Shown: positions 1-8,457, numbered from the stretch's first letter. The stretch is DNA of 32,000 nucleotides from Candidatus Saccharimonadota bacterium (GCF_002214165.1 NZ_CP019964.1:240001-272000); one strand, 5' to 3'. Numbers and translations are program-made. Notes: generated by a model not told the origin, from the sequence alone.

Positions 1-737
1 TTATCCGCGTTTTCGCTTAAGAAATCAAGCAATCCTTTGGATATATCATTTGGAGGTATAATCTCTATTTCTCTTTTTATACCTAAATAATAATAACTCA
101 AAATGTAATGGCTTCCCTTCTCCTGTTTTGATGCCAAGTTATTTAAAAGGTATAAAAAGCTTTTACGCTGTACTTTAAATTTAGTTGACTCCTTTAGAAT
201 GTAACTTGTTGTAGAATTGTCTGGGTATAACCAAACATAATAAGATTTTGAGTTATGTTCAAAGGTCGATAAAGCATTCATTTTTACCTTTTCTAAATCT
301 TTGTTTACTTCGCTCTTATAGTCAAATTCGATCCTTACTTTATTATAATCTTTATCCAGCCAATAAGCAAAAGTTTCAAATTGATTATAAAACTTGCTTA
401 AATAATCAAGTGACCTTAATTTGTTAGCGGGGCCAGAGAAAACATATTCTTTAGGTTTATCGTTTTCTAGATACTCCAAAATATAACTAAACTTGGCTGA
501 TTGATATAATGATGTGGTATTATCAGGATTTAAATGTAAATTAAGAAAACTTACCTTCCTAATATTAGCATGTTTTGAATGCTCTAATGAGTTTATTAAT
601 TCATTAGCTTGGTTACCATTTTTGCACTGTATCGTCAGTTCAATATGCTTTTGATTATCATTAAACCTTGTCATGTCCAAAAAGGTTATCCTCTCAAAAT
701 CCTTTCCAACGCCATAATTCAAATCTTTCACAACCAT
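1..737 (-). CDS. hypothetical protein, N-terminal part (ORF continues past the left window edge)
   Basis: ATG at 737 (cat at 735-737 on the + strand) is followed by 245 sense codons down to position 3 with no stop. It is missing from the supplied track because no stop codon lies inside the window. Translation starts MVVKDLNYGVGKDFERITFLDMTRF. I recognise no motif. The region is very AT-rich. Confidence 0.5.
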   Translation of the reverse strand, partial: MVVKDLNYGVGKDFERITFLDMTRFNDNQKHIELTIQCKNGNQANELINSLEHSKHANIRKVSFLNLHLNPDNTTSLYQSAKFSYILEYLENDKPKEYVFSGPANKLRSLDYLSKFYNQFETFAYWLDKDYNKVRIEFDYKSEVNKDLEKVKMNALSTFEHNSKSYYVWLYPDNSTTSYILKESTKFKVQRKSFLYLLNNLASKQEKGSHYILSYYYLGIKREIEIIPPNDISKGLLDFLSENAD

Positions 738-882
738 ATAAACCGTTTAATTGTTTAACTGGTGTACTTTAAAAACTATTTGTACAAATGCAAATTTCAA
801 ATACAAATAAAATAAAAGTTTATTTAACCAAAAGGCGAAAAGCTTATATATTAATTAACAAGATAATTTATTTGGTAATGAT

Positions 883-1344
883 ATGGATAATGCTCATAGC
901 AATACGGTTTTAATAAATAATAAGGCAACATCTAAGAAAACTGATATGGTAGATGCAATAATAAAAGATGAAAATAGGCTGATCAGATTAAACCGATTCA
1001 AATTTTTAAGGAATGAAGAATATAGGTTAAGTGAAAAGAAAAAGCTATATGCAGATATAAAGCTGGATTTGGAATCGCTTAATGAAAAAGGAGCTCTTGA
1101 TTACCTGAGAGATAGCATATACATGTTAAGAGAGAACAAGCAGAAAAATCTCTATGGGGTAAACATAAGTGATATCTACCAAAAATTGGATAAAAGAGTT
1201 TTAAACGACGCCAACAATGAAATTAACAACAATTCAAATTTCACGAATTATACGGTTATTATACTAGATACAAAGAATAATAGAAAACTGGCATCAAACT
1301 TCATTTCACGTATCATTTCAAGTAAAGCATTTTCCAATTTCTGA
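883..1344 (+). CDS. hypothetical protein (153 aa, Asn/Lys-rich)
   Basis: Longest ORF in the gap, divergent from the 1-737 ORF, followed by a T-run (1355-1360). No recognisable motif. Confidence 0.4.
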   Translation: MDNAHSNTVLINNKATSKKTDMVDAIIKDENRLIRLNRFKFLRNEEYRLSEKKKLYADIKLDLESLNEKGALDYLRDSIYMLRENKQKNLYGVNISDIYQKLDKRVLNDANNEINNNSNFTNYTVIILDTKNNRKLASNFISRIISSKAFSNF

Positions 1345-1382
1345 ATAGCTTTAGTTTTTTATTATTAACAAAAATTAACAAA

Positions 1383-2081
1383 TTACGCTTTTAATGGATA
1401 ACTGTATATAGATATTTTAACCCCGTCCTTACCAAATATCAAATTTAATCTTTGTTGGTCAACTTTGCGGTCCCTCGGATTTTCTTTTTCTATAGATATC
1501 AAATGGATAAATTTTACACCAAGATCTGCCACTGCTAATTTTAAGTCCGGCATTATGTTATTTGTATCTGATTGCAATATATAAGCAGAAAAATGGTTTA
1601 AAGAAAGTTGGTCAAGCAATCCCGAGTATCCAGGCTTTGAGGGATTAGCTAATATTAATTCATGTATTTTATCGTCTTTTGGTACCTTTATATCTTCGAT
1701 TCTGATAAGTCTTCCATCAATTTTAGTTTCGGGGAACTCACTTTTAAGTTTATCAACTTGTAAATTAAGATTATCTTTTTCCAATTCATCTATACTATCA
1801 AAATCTAATTTTCGGTATTGTGATATCAAACTTTCTTCCAAATCCGGATCCGCTGATTTTCCCCTCTTTATAATACCAAATACTTTATTCATTGCCCCGC
1901 AATCTGTATGTGCCAGCAGAATAATCTCACGTATATCCTTATTCTTTATCAAATCCTTAATCTCTTTTGCCACTGGGTATACATTCGCACCCGCATTTCT
2001 TATAATAAAACAGTCTGAATATTGCTCCTCTATGAGGTCATTTAATCTTCTATCCATGCAGCTTATTACAAGTTTGTTCAT
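1383..2081 (-). CDS. beta-class carbonic anhydrase-like protein (Cab-type zinc site)
   Basis: SCMDRR (C-x-D-x-R), FIIRNAGAN and LLAHTDCGAM (H-x-x-C) reproduce the zinc-ligand and Asp-Arg dyad motifs of beta carbonic anhydrases. The spacing between them is about 50 aa. The C-terminal ~130 aa are not recognisable. Confidence 0.55.
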   Translation of the reverse strand: MNKLVISCMDRRLNDLIEEQYSDCFIIRNAGANVYPVAKEIKDLIKNKDIREIILLAHTDCGAMNKVFGIIKRGKSADPDLEESLISQYRKLDFDSIDELEKDNLNLQVDKLKSEFPETKIDGRLIRIEDIKVPKDDKIHELILANPSKPGYSGLLDQLSLNHFSAYILQSDTNNIMPDLKLAVADLGVKFIHLISIEKENPRDRKVDQQRLNLIFGKDGVKISIYSYPLKA

Positions 2082-2233
2082 ATAAACACCGAATCACTTA
2101 TTATTTATAATAAACTTTATTAAATCCCAATTATTATTAATTTAAATTCCTGAGACCTATAACACAATATCGATATAAAACGAATATGCTCAAAGCATAT
2201 AAATATAACCAAATCCTACATCCTAAAGATTAA

Positions 2234-2482
2234 ATGGAAGCTAAATATGTAAAAGATAAAAGTTTTAGAGAAGAACTTTTGCCAAGATTTAATGCAAATA
2301 AAAAACACGAATTAACCTCAGAAGAAATAAAGCTAAAAGAACTTCACAGAAAAATTTCAGAGGATAAAAAGATTAGTTGGGATTTATCTACCAAAGAAAT
2401 CAATCGTCTAAGAAAAGAAGGCAAATATAAGGAGGCCGAGAGGATTGAGGATACAAGGCAATTGCTTAGTGATTTGCTTTAA
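2234..2482 (+). CDS. hypothetical small charged protein (82 aa)
   Basis: ORF only. Lys/Glu-rich and probably helical. No motif. Confidence 0.3.
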   Translation: MEAKYVKDKSFREELLPRFNANKKHELTSEEIKLKELHRKISEDKKISWDLSTKEINRLRKEGKYKEAERIEDTRQLLSDLL

Positions 2483-2537
2483 TAACCTTCTAATCAAGGC
2501 GACTTAACTAAAATTGGTTTTATCCCTACCACTATAA

Positions 2538-2894
2538 TCAAGATTTTTGATCCTTCTTCAAGGATAATAGCTGATATCGTATATAATCCATCAATCTATC
2601 ATGATGGTTGCTGCGATTTTTCGCTATATAAGACAATACAGTATTATTTTTAAAAACAACATTAATATCCAATTTTTCTATTAACTGTTTTGTCGTAATA
2701 TAATCAGGTGATTCTTGGAATTGCTTTCCTTTTACTAATCCATCTATAAGCGGTTCGCTGCTTATTATGTTACTAGTTATAATCTCCTCTATAACTTCTT
2801 TGTTTACCCCCATTTTTTTAGCTATGTACCTTACAGGCCTATTATTTCCTCTTAAATTCATTATTTCTTCTATATATTTTTTATTCATATCCAC
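2538..2894 (-). CDS. small putative helix-turn-helix protein
   Basis: RPVRYIAKKMGVNKEVIEEI looks like an HTH. The gene lies 31 bp downstream of the DUF45-like gene and is co-directional with it. Confidence 0.4.
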   Translation of the reverse strand: MDMNKKYIEEIMNLRGNNRPVRYIAKKMGVNKEVIEEIITSNIISSEPLIDGLVKGKQFQESPDYITTKQLIEKLDINVVFKNNTVLSYIAKNRSNHHDRLMDYIRYQLLSLKKDQKS

Positions 2895-2925
2895 ACTAAA
2901 TTTTCAAATAATTAATCTTTTACAC

Positions 2926-3681
2926 TTATTCATACCATCTATTAGGGAGAGTCGCAGAGTAAAGATTTTTATTAATCCATTTCCTGTATTCATCATAATC
3001 TGGCATTACCGAATAAAGAAGTTTCCAAAATTGTTGAGAATGGTTAGGCACTTTAAGATGGCATAATTCATGTACTATTACAGAGTCTATAATATTCTCA
3101 GGGCATAAGAATATCCTAAGGTTAAATGACAAGGTTTTATTGCCATAATTACAACTACCCAAAACAACTTTTTTTGGACGGTATACCTTTATCCTAGATA
3201 CTTTAAACCCAAAAAACTCATTATTTATGTGATTTACCCTTTGGATAACATATGGCAATACAAGTTTTATTAGAAATTTAATCACCCTGTCATTTAGTAT
3301 ATAATTGGCTTTAGTAGCTTCAGATGCAGGAATAACTACATAAAGCAAATTTCCAGTTAACTTTGTCATTGGTCTCTTTATAAATTGGTCTATTGAACTA
3401 TGTATTAAAAAGCTCCTATCTGTAATATGTATTAAGTCACCATCTTTAAATCGTAATTCCCTATATATCTGACCGTCAATTATCCTTTTTATAAGCCTAC
3501 GTTTCAATATGCTTATATATTTAATTTTATCCTTAGCATTAAGACGTAAGGGGAGTTTGAGACAAATCTTATCGTCCTCTATGAATCCAGTAGCAGTTTT
3601 GCGGTTTAAGAATTTTATATCTAATACGTATTTTTTGCCATTTACATAAACAAAATTCTCTGAGGTATTTATTTCATCCAA
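2926..3681 (-). CDS. DUF45/YgjP-like (M48/SprT-like) metal-dependent hydrolase
   Basis: The C-terminal signature VIVHELCHLKVPNHSQQFWKLL (HExxH followed by NHs..FW) and the ~250 aa length are typical of the YgjP/DUF45 family. The start is TTG. Confidence 0.8.
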   Translation of the reverse strand: MDEINTSENFVYVNGKKYVLDIKFLNRKTATGFIEDDKICLKLPLRLNAKDKIKYISILKRRLIKRIIDGQIYRELRFKDGDLIHITDRSFLIHSSIDQFIKRPMTKLTGNLLYVVIPASEATKANYILNDRVIKFLIKLVLPYVIQRVNHINNEFFGFKVSRIKVYRPKKVVLGSCNYGNKTLSFNLRIFLCPENIIDSVIVHELCHLKVPNHSQQFWKLLYSVMPDYDEYRKWINKNLYSATLPNRWYE

Positions 3682-3731
3682 TATATTACCTATTGAAAAG
3701 ATTTATAACTTAAAACTTATAAAACAATAAT

Positions 3732-5489
3732 ATGAACAGGTATTTACTTGTTGTATTACTAATGTTGGTTTTGGTTCCAATAACGAGTTCATCAGCTACT
3801 ATAAATTCCACCTCTGTACTAAGTCAATCAAAATCACTCGAGTACCATATGAATATTGGCGAGTATACATATGAAGAACTTAATATTTCAAATGAATCAA
3901 CAATTGTAATAAGTTATAATACAAGTTCTTCTGCAGCCTTATTACTGGTAAATGCATCAAACTATGCTTCTTATGCCAATAATGAGAGGACTGAAGAAAT
4001 TTATAGTTCAAAGGTTGAAAATTCTGGAGTAAAGGAATTAAACGTTTCTCCTGGTTCTTACTATGTAATATTAAAGGCAGAATATAAACCTATAAATTAT
4101 TCATTTTACATTTTTGTTTCTCCACCAAGCAAACTAAAATCAGTCAACTTCTCTAATGAATATACAGATAATTTTAGTCTATCTAATTATACAAATTTCT
4201 CAATTGACTTAATATCAAACAAAGAGATAGATATGATTCTACCAAACTATTACAATTACATTATACAGCCATATGAAGAATTTCAAATAACTGCCTACCT
4301 AAATAGGGGCCCACAGAAAATAATATTCAAAACAAATTCCTCATCACGATTATTTTTCTATATAAACAGCACAAATGAGATCATAAATCCTGTTTCTTTA
4401 ATAAACAAATCTTCACCAAATCCTATGGGTATCGCAAGTTATGGGACATATCTAAAGCAAGGTAAACTGCAAACATTCAAAATAAAAACCAATGAAATTA
4501 TAGGCACTGCTAATATAACATCTATTTATGCATATAGCAGTGATCCACCCGAAAATACATCACCCTATGGTGCCAGTATACAGTTGAATGCAATGATGAA
4601 TGTAATATCAGACAATAAAACTTACCAATACTGGCTGCAAGATGTAATGTCTCTAAATACAAGTTCATTAGAATACCAGATATACAGTAACATGTGGAAT
4701 GACACTAAATTAGGCGCAAATTTATCAAAATCACAATTAATTGGGGATGGTTATATTGGAACCACTTATATAAAATACAACAACTCTAAAATTAAGACAT
4801 CTTTTTATGGATCATATGATTCAAATAATCTCAATAACAAGCTTTCTTACCCTATATACTTTTCACCAGTTATAACTGTTAATAATACATCAATTGGGCC
4901 AAGGGTAAATTTTGGTTACTATACGCAAAATGGCTACAGATTCTTCAACAATGTGACAATAAAAATTCTAAATTCTACCTCTTATATAGAGGTAACTCCT
5001 TATTACGAAGCAGGAAACGGAAATTCGTTTGACGTTGGTTTAGTTTTTGGTGGAGAAAGTAATGATGAGTCATCTAAATTTTATAATATGAATTCAACAG
5101 AAGATCTTTATTATGTTTCAAATGACAGTTTGATTGCATTCCCATACTTATATACCTTTGGTATCAATACAGGGGAATCTGCATCAGACCTAAGCACTTC
5201 TGTTATAAATAATAAGATTATTACTGAAATTGGTAGCCCAAATTATAATGAAATAATAACTGAAAGCCAACATTATAATTCAAATAAAACATACGCACTT
5301 CAAAATGAATCCAAAGCATTCATAAACCCAACATCAGGCTATGAAGTTGATCTCCAAAATGGAAATCCAAGTATTAGTCAAATTTATGAATTTGTATACA
5401 AAAATTCTTTTAAATTACTGATTTTGATTCTAACAATAATAATCTTATATACAATAAAATTTTTGATATTTAAGAACCACAACAAATAA
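3732..5489 (+). CDS. thermopsin-family (peptidase A5) secreted acid protease with extra N-terminal domain and C-terminal membrane anchor
   Basis: The N-terminus is signal-peptide-like (MNRYLLVVLLMLVLVPITSSSA) and the C-terminus is hydrophobic (LLILILTIIILYTIKFLIF). Thermopsin landmarks, as I remember them from Sulfolobus thermopsin, are present: PMGIASYG, ANITSIYAY, YQYWLQDV, NMWNDT, VFGGESN, LYTFGINTGESA. I count about 29 N-x-S/T sequons. Confidence 0.8.
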   Translation: MNRYLLVVLLMLVLVPITSSSATINSTSVLSQSKSLEYHMNIGEYTYEELNISNESTIVISYNTSSSAALLLVNASNYASYANNERTEEIYSSKVENSGVKELNVSPGSYYVILKAEYKPINYSFYIFVSPPSKLKSVNFSNEYTDNFSLSNYTNFSIDLISNKEIDMILPNYYNYIIQPYEEFQITAYLNRGPQKIIFKTNSSSRLFFYINSTNEIINPVSLINKSSPNPMGIASYGTYLKQGKLQTFKIKTNEIIGTANITSIYAYSSDPPENTSPYGASIQLNAMMNVISDNKTYQYWLQDVMSLNTSSLEYQIYSNMWNDTKLGANLSKSQLIGDGYIGTTYIKYNNSKIKTSFYGSYDSNNLNNKLSYPIYFSPVITVNNTSIGPRVNFGYYTQNGYRFFNNVTIKILNSTSYIEVTPYYEAGNGNSFDVGLVFGGESNDESSKFYNMNSTEDLYYVSNDSLIAFPYLYTFGINTGESASDLSTSVINNKIITEIGSPNYNEIITESQHYNSNKTYALQNESKAFINPTSGYEVDLQNGNPSISQIYEFVYKNSFKLLILILTIIILYTIKFLIFKNHNK

Positions 5490-5520
5490 CAACACAACAA
5501 TTTAACAAAGTGAGCGGGAA

Positions 5521-5545
5521 ATCCCACACGCTTTAGCGGTGGGAT
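5521..5545 (+). repeat. left-end subterminal hairpin of the IS605-family element
   Basis: ATCCCACACGC-TTTA-GCGGTGGGAT forms a 7+3 bp stem with one bulged A and a TTTA loop. The wider match GGAAATCCCACACGCTTTAGCGGTGGGATGA aligns with the right end. Confidence 0.7.
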
Positions 5546-5582
5546 GAAAGCGAACTGCTGAATAAAGTAAAGGTGTATAAAT

Positions 5583-6089
5583 ATGAATGGTTATACAAAC
5601 AACATGGATTCCACAAGAGCCTATAAATTCAGGATATATCCAGATACTAAAAGGCAGAATGAGATAGATGAAAGGCTAATCCTTGCACAGCAGTTCTACA
5701 ACAGGATTCTTGAGAAGTCAATCGCATCCTACCAGAACGGAAAGAGAAAAGTCTCTATGGCACAGTTCAACAGGTTCGTAAAAGAGGTAATCCAAGATGA
5801 CAAGAGATACATGAAACTATACTCGCAGACGAGATGCGAGATTGAATATAGGCTTCTAAAGGCATACCAGAACTTCTTCAGGAGAATCAAGGAAAGAAAC
5901 AAGAAGGCAGGATTTCCAAGATTCAGGTCAAGGGATATAAACGCGTCAATAAACATACTCAAAAGAGCTACCCTCGGACAGAGGGAAAGTCACGCTCGGG
6001 GAGAGAGTGTAAGGCCTCAAATGGAGGCAGTTCTCGAGGAACTGAGAACCGATAAAACACATCCTTTGCAGGATGCAGTGATTGCATGA
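5583..6089 (+). pseudogene. tnpB: internally deleted tnpB (IS605 OrfB / RNA-guided nuclease remnant)
   Basis: The N-terminal TnpB region (RAYKFRIYPDTKRQ ... LKAYQNFFRRIKERNKKAGFPRFRSR) is joined in frame, near 5930-5935, directly to the RuvC-III end (DINASINILKRATLGQ). The RuvC-I/II and zinc-finger parts are absent. SD GGTG lies at 5572-5575. Confidence 0.75.
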
Positions 6090-6135
6090 ATGCAGAGGAA
6101 GCCCACACCGTTTACGGGTGGGAGGATGTCACGTA
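5960..6135 (+). ncRNA. candidate omega-RNA (reRNA) scaffold overlapping the tnpB 3' end and right end
   Basis: A GC-rich, hairpin-dense stretch (for example ATCCTTTGCAGGAT at 6061-6074 and the right-end hairpin). It sits where TnpB omega-RNAs are encoded in IS605-family elements. There is no expression evidence. Confidence 0.3.
6102..6122 (+). repeat. right-end subterminal hairpin of the IS605-family element
   Basis: CCCACACCG-TTTA-CGGGTGGG has the same architecture as the left-end hairpin (bulged A, TTTA loop) and lies in the same orientation. Confidence 0.7.
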
Positions 6136-6160
6136 AGTTAATGTTTCAAAATAAGTAAAA

Positions 6161-6610
6161 TTGATAATAAAGGCAGATTTTAGGGAGGACAATATACATT
6201 CAGATTCCTTATTCATAGCAAATTTCATTTGGCTGTCTTTCGTTTACCTCCTGTTAGGCTCGCTTCTGCTTTATGCAATAGTAATGCTAAGCCTGAAAGT
6301 GTCATACGGGGCAATTTTCCTCCTGTGGTTCTTTGGGTTTGTAACGAATATAATATTCGGATTAAGCTATATGTTTGTGCCAGGGCTTATGCATTCCAAA
6401 TATGCAGCTTATGATACAATAAGGGCCGAATTTTACGTATTCAATACTGGGATAATAATATTTTTCATATCTAATATTTTGAAATATGCTATAGCAGAAC
6501 AATTAGGGCTGGCATTAATAATAATAGCAATATTTATAAACACAATAAATGTATTGAATATGACTTTATACCAGAAAAGAAATAAAAACAAAAAATCTGA
6601 AAGCAATTAG
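6161..6610 (+). CDS. hypothetical integral membrane protein (about 4 TM)
   Basis: There are four long hydrophobic segments. The start is uncertain: TTG at 6161 is one option. A GGAGG at 6184-6188 followed after 5 nt by in-frame ATA at 6194 is another. The stop overlaps the convergent padR-like stop (TTAG). Confidence 0.4.
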   Translation: MIIKADFREDNIHSDSLFIANFIWLSFVYLLLGSLLLYAIVMLSLKVSYGAIFLLWFFGFVTNIIFGLSYMFVPGLMHSKYAAYDTIRAEFYVFNTGIIIFFISNILKYAIAEQLGLALIIIAIFINTINVLNMTLYQKRNKNKKSESN

Positions 6611-7206
6611 CTTTCAGTTATAGAGCTTAGCCTTTTTATTATATCCTTGACCTTTTTGGACAATTCTTCATCTGCCTTAATCACAGCAGAGCTTTCCTGC
6701 AAATAAGTTGCTTCATACTGCAATTTGTCCAGTTCAGAGCTTATTGCATATTTGTTCAAGTACTCCGAAGTCTGTGAATCCATATTGCCTTTTAACTTGT
6801 ACCAAATAGGCAATTCCGAATCCTTTAACAAATCTATGCCCTTGTCTGTTATAGAATAATACTTTGTATTATCCTCTTCTCTTTTCTTAAGATATCCCAA
6901 GCTCTCAAGTTCCTTCAATGCAGGGTAAACATTTCCAGGGGATGGCTTCATTCTGCCTTCTGTTATCTCATTTACTATACTTATTATCTGGGACCCACTA
7001 ATCTCTTTTTCTTTGGCTACTTTTAGTATAAGGTACTTAAGTCCCCTAAAACCTAAATGGCAACTGTGTCCCATCATTCCATGTGGTCCATGCCCACACA
7101 TTCCTCTATGCTTTCCGCCCATCATCCCCTTACTGCCTTTTCCCATGCCCTGATGGGAATCCTCTTCAATATCTTCTCTATCTTCGTTTTCATCTTTTTC
7201 TTCCAT
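6607..7206 (-). CDS. PadR-family transcriptional regulator with Met/His/Gly-rich N-terminal extension
   Basis: PadR winged-helix signature: SGSQIISIVNEITEGRMKPSPGNVYPALKELESLGYLKKRE. I chose the ATG at 7206 because GGTGA (7212-7216) lies 5 nt upstream. The track's GTG at 7215 is inside that SD. Confidence 0.8.
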   Translation of the reverse strand: MEEKDENEDREDIEEDSHQGMGKGSKGMMGGKHRGMCGHGPHGMMGHSCHLGFRGLKYLILKVAKEKEISGSQIISIVNEITEGRMKPSPGNVYPALKELESLGYLKKREEDNTKYYSITDKGIDLLKDSELPIWYKLKGNMDSQTSEYLNKYAISSELDKLQYEATYLQESSAVIKADEELSKKVKDIIKRLSSITES

Positions 7207-7220
7207 TTCTCTCACCTATC

Positions 7221-7250
7221 AGATACAAAGTATCTAATATTAGATATCTA
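7221..7250. promoter_or_regulatory. candidate operator: two perfect palindromes just upstream of the PadR gene
   Basis: AGATAC-AAA-GTATCT lies at 7221-7235 and TAGATATCTA at 7241-7250. A third half-site, TAGATA, lies at 7255-7260 next to a TATA-like ATATAAATA on the minus strand. Confidence 0.35.
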
Positions 7251-7314
7251 CATTTAGATATTTATATGTTTCGTTCTGAAGAAAAGGAATAGAATTCGAA
7301 AAAGCAAAGGAAAT

Positions 7315-8037
7315 TTACTGAGGTACAGGAGAACTTTCATCCTTTCCAGGCTTATCTAGATTTTTAGCTTCTTCTACTTCATTTGCAGGAAGCTCCTTAT
7401 AAGTGAGCCACCAAGCATATCCCTTGTGATCTGCCATTGCCTTATCTGCATCCTCAATATTGTGAGGAACCGGATTAAGCACCTTGTCCCCTATTATCTC
7501 GTTATCAGGCCAATTTGCAGGCATTGCTGCTTTATACTTGTCAGCCATCTGAAGCCCCTTTATTACTCTCAGAAGCTCATCTACGCTCCTTCCCATCTCC
7601 AATGGGTAATATAATATCAATCTCAATATTCCTTTATCGTCTACCAAGAATACTGCTCTTACCGTCGATGAAGAGGATTCTGCGTGTATCATGCCAAGTC
7701 TTTTAGCAACCTTTCCCATAGAATCCCCTATTATAGGGAATGGAACTTTTATTTTAAGGTTTTCTTCAATCCATTTTATCCAAGCTATATGACTTACAAC
7801 ACTATCTACGGACAAACCTATAAGCTGTGTATTAAGCTTATTGAAATCGTCATTTCTTTTAGAAAAAGAAAAGAACTCCGTAGTGCATACTGGGGTAAAA
7901 TCTCCAGGATGCGAAAATAGCATAAACCAGTGGCCATTAAATGAATCAGGAAGCTTCATCTTTCCTGCGGTCGTTTCAACATCCAACTCCGGAAATTTTT
8001 CTCCTATAAGAGGCATACTAAAATTTACATCATCCAT
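7315..8037 (-). CDS. peroxiredoxin, 1-Cys (Prx6-like) type
   Basis: [11 protein letters not shown] peroxidatic-Cys motif. This is the only Cys in the ORF. SD GGTGA (8042-8046) lies 4 nt upstream of the ATG. Confidence 0.9.
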   Translation of the reverse strand: MDDVNFSMPLIGEKFPELDVETTAGKMKLPDSFNGHWFMLFSHPGDFTPVCTTEFFSFSKRNDDFNKLNTQLIGLSVDSVVSHIAWIKWIEENLKIKVPFPIIGDSMGKVAKRLGMIHAESSSSTVRAVFLVDDKGILRLILYYPLEMGRSVDELLRVIKGLQMADKYKAAMPANWPDNEIIGDKVLNPVPHNIEDADKAMADHKGYAWWLTYKELPANEVEEAKNLDKPGKDESSPVPQ

Positions 8038-8123
8038 AATCTCACCTATAAGCTATTGTACTCCATGTATTTATACCATTGTTAAATATACAATTACTTT
8101 TATATAAATAATGATTAGTAGAT

Positions 8124-8145
8124 ATAATACGGAAATAATACGGAA
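8124..8145. repeat. perfect tandem duplication of an 11-mer (ATAATACGGAA x2)
   Basis: Read directly from the sequence. It lies about 90-110 bp upstream of the peroxiredoxin start, beyond its TATA-like TTTATATA. Confidence 0.6.
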
Positions 8146-8457
8146 ATTAAAAAACCCATAAAACTATTAAAAGATTTTATTTGCTCCCATCCCCTATTTT
8201 GCGAAGAGAGACTTCCCAACTATTTGTTTAAATAAACCAAATAAACATGTCTAAATATTATAGTATGGATCTTTATTCAAATAAAAAGTATTAAGTAATA
8301 AAAGGGCATAATAAGAGTATTGTATAAGGTTAAACCAACGCCTATAAGATTTCATTAATTGCTGTGAGGCAGTATTAAGAAAACTTTGCATTTGATATTC
8401 TATCAATTCATAGGCAAGGCCAAAATTTGTTTTTGGCATAAACATTTAACTTAACGT

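Larger units (their letters stand above)
5511..6135 (+). mobile_element. non-autonomous IS200/IS605-family element (MITE-like deletion derivative); boundaries approximate
   Basis: Near-identical subterminal hairpins lie in direct orientation at both ends. They flank a tnpB remnant. The block is visibly more GC-rich than its AT-rich flanks. No tnpA is present. Confidence 0.7.

Noticed and set aside
2767-3066. 99-aa plus-strand ORF bridging the HTH and DUF45 genes
   Set aside because: It overlaps two better-supported minus-strand genes, and its translation is hydrophobic low-complexity.
5729-5962. 77-aa minus-strand ORF inside the tnpB remnant
   Set aside because: It is antisense to recognisable TnpB sequence and has no independent support.
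6229-6414. 61-aa alternative-frame ORF inside the membrane-protein ORF
   Set aside because: It is on the same strand in a different frame. The membrane-protein frame gives coherent TM helices and this one does not.
8251-8445. 64-aa minus-strand ORF in the long peroxiredoxin/membrane-protein intergenic region
   Set aside because: It has no SD and no motif, and lies in AT-rich sequence where ORFs of this size arise by chance. I kept it only as a remote possibility.
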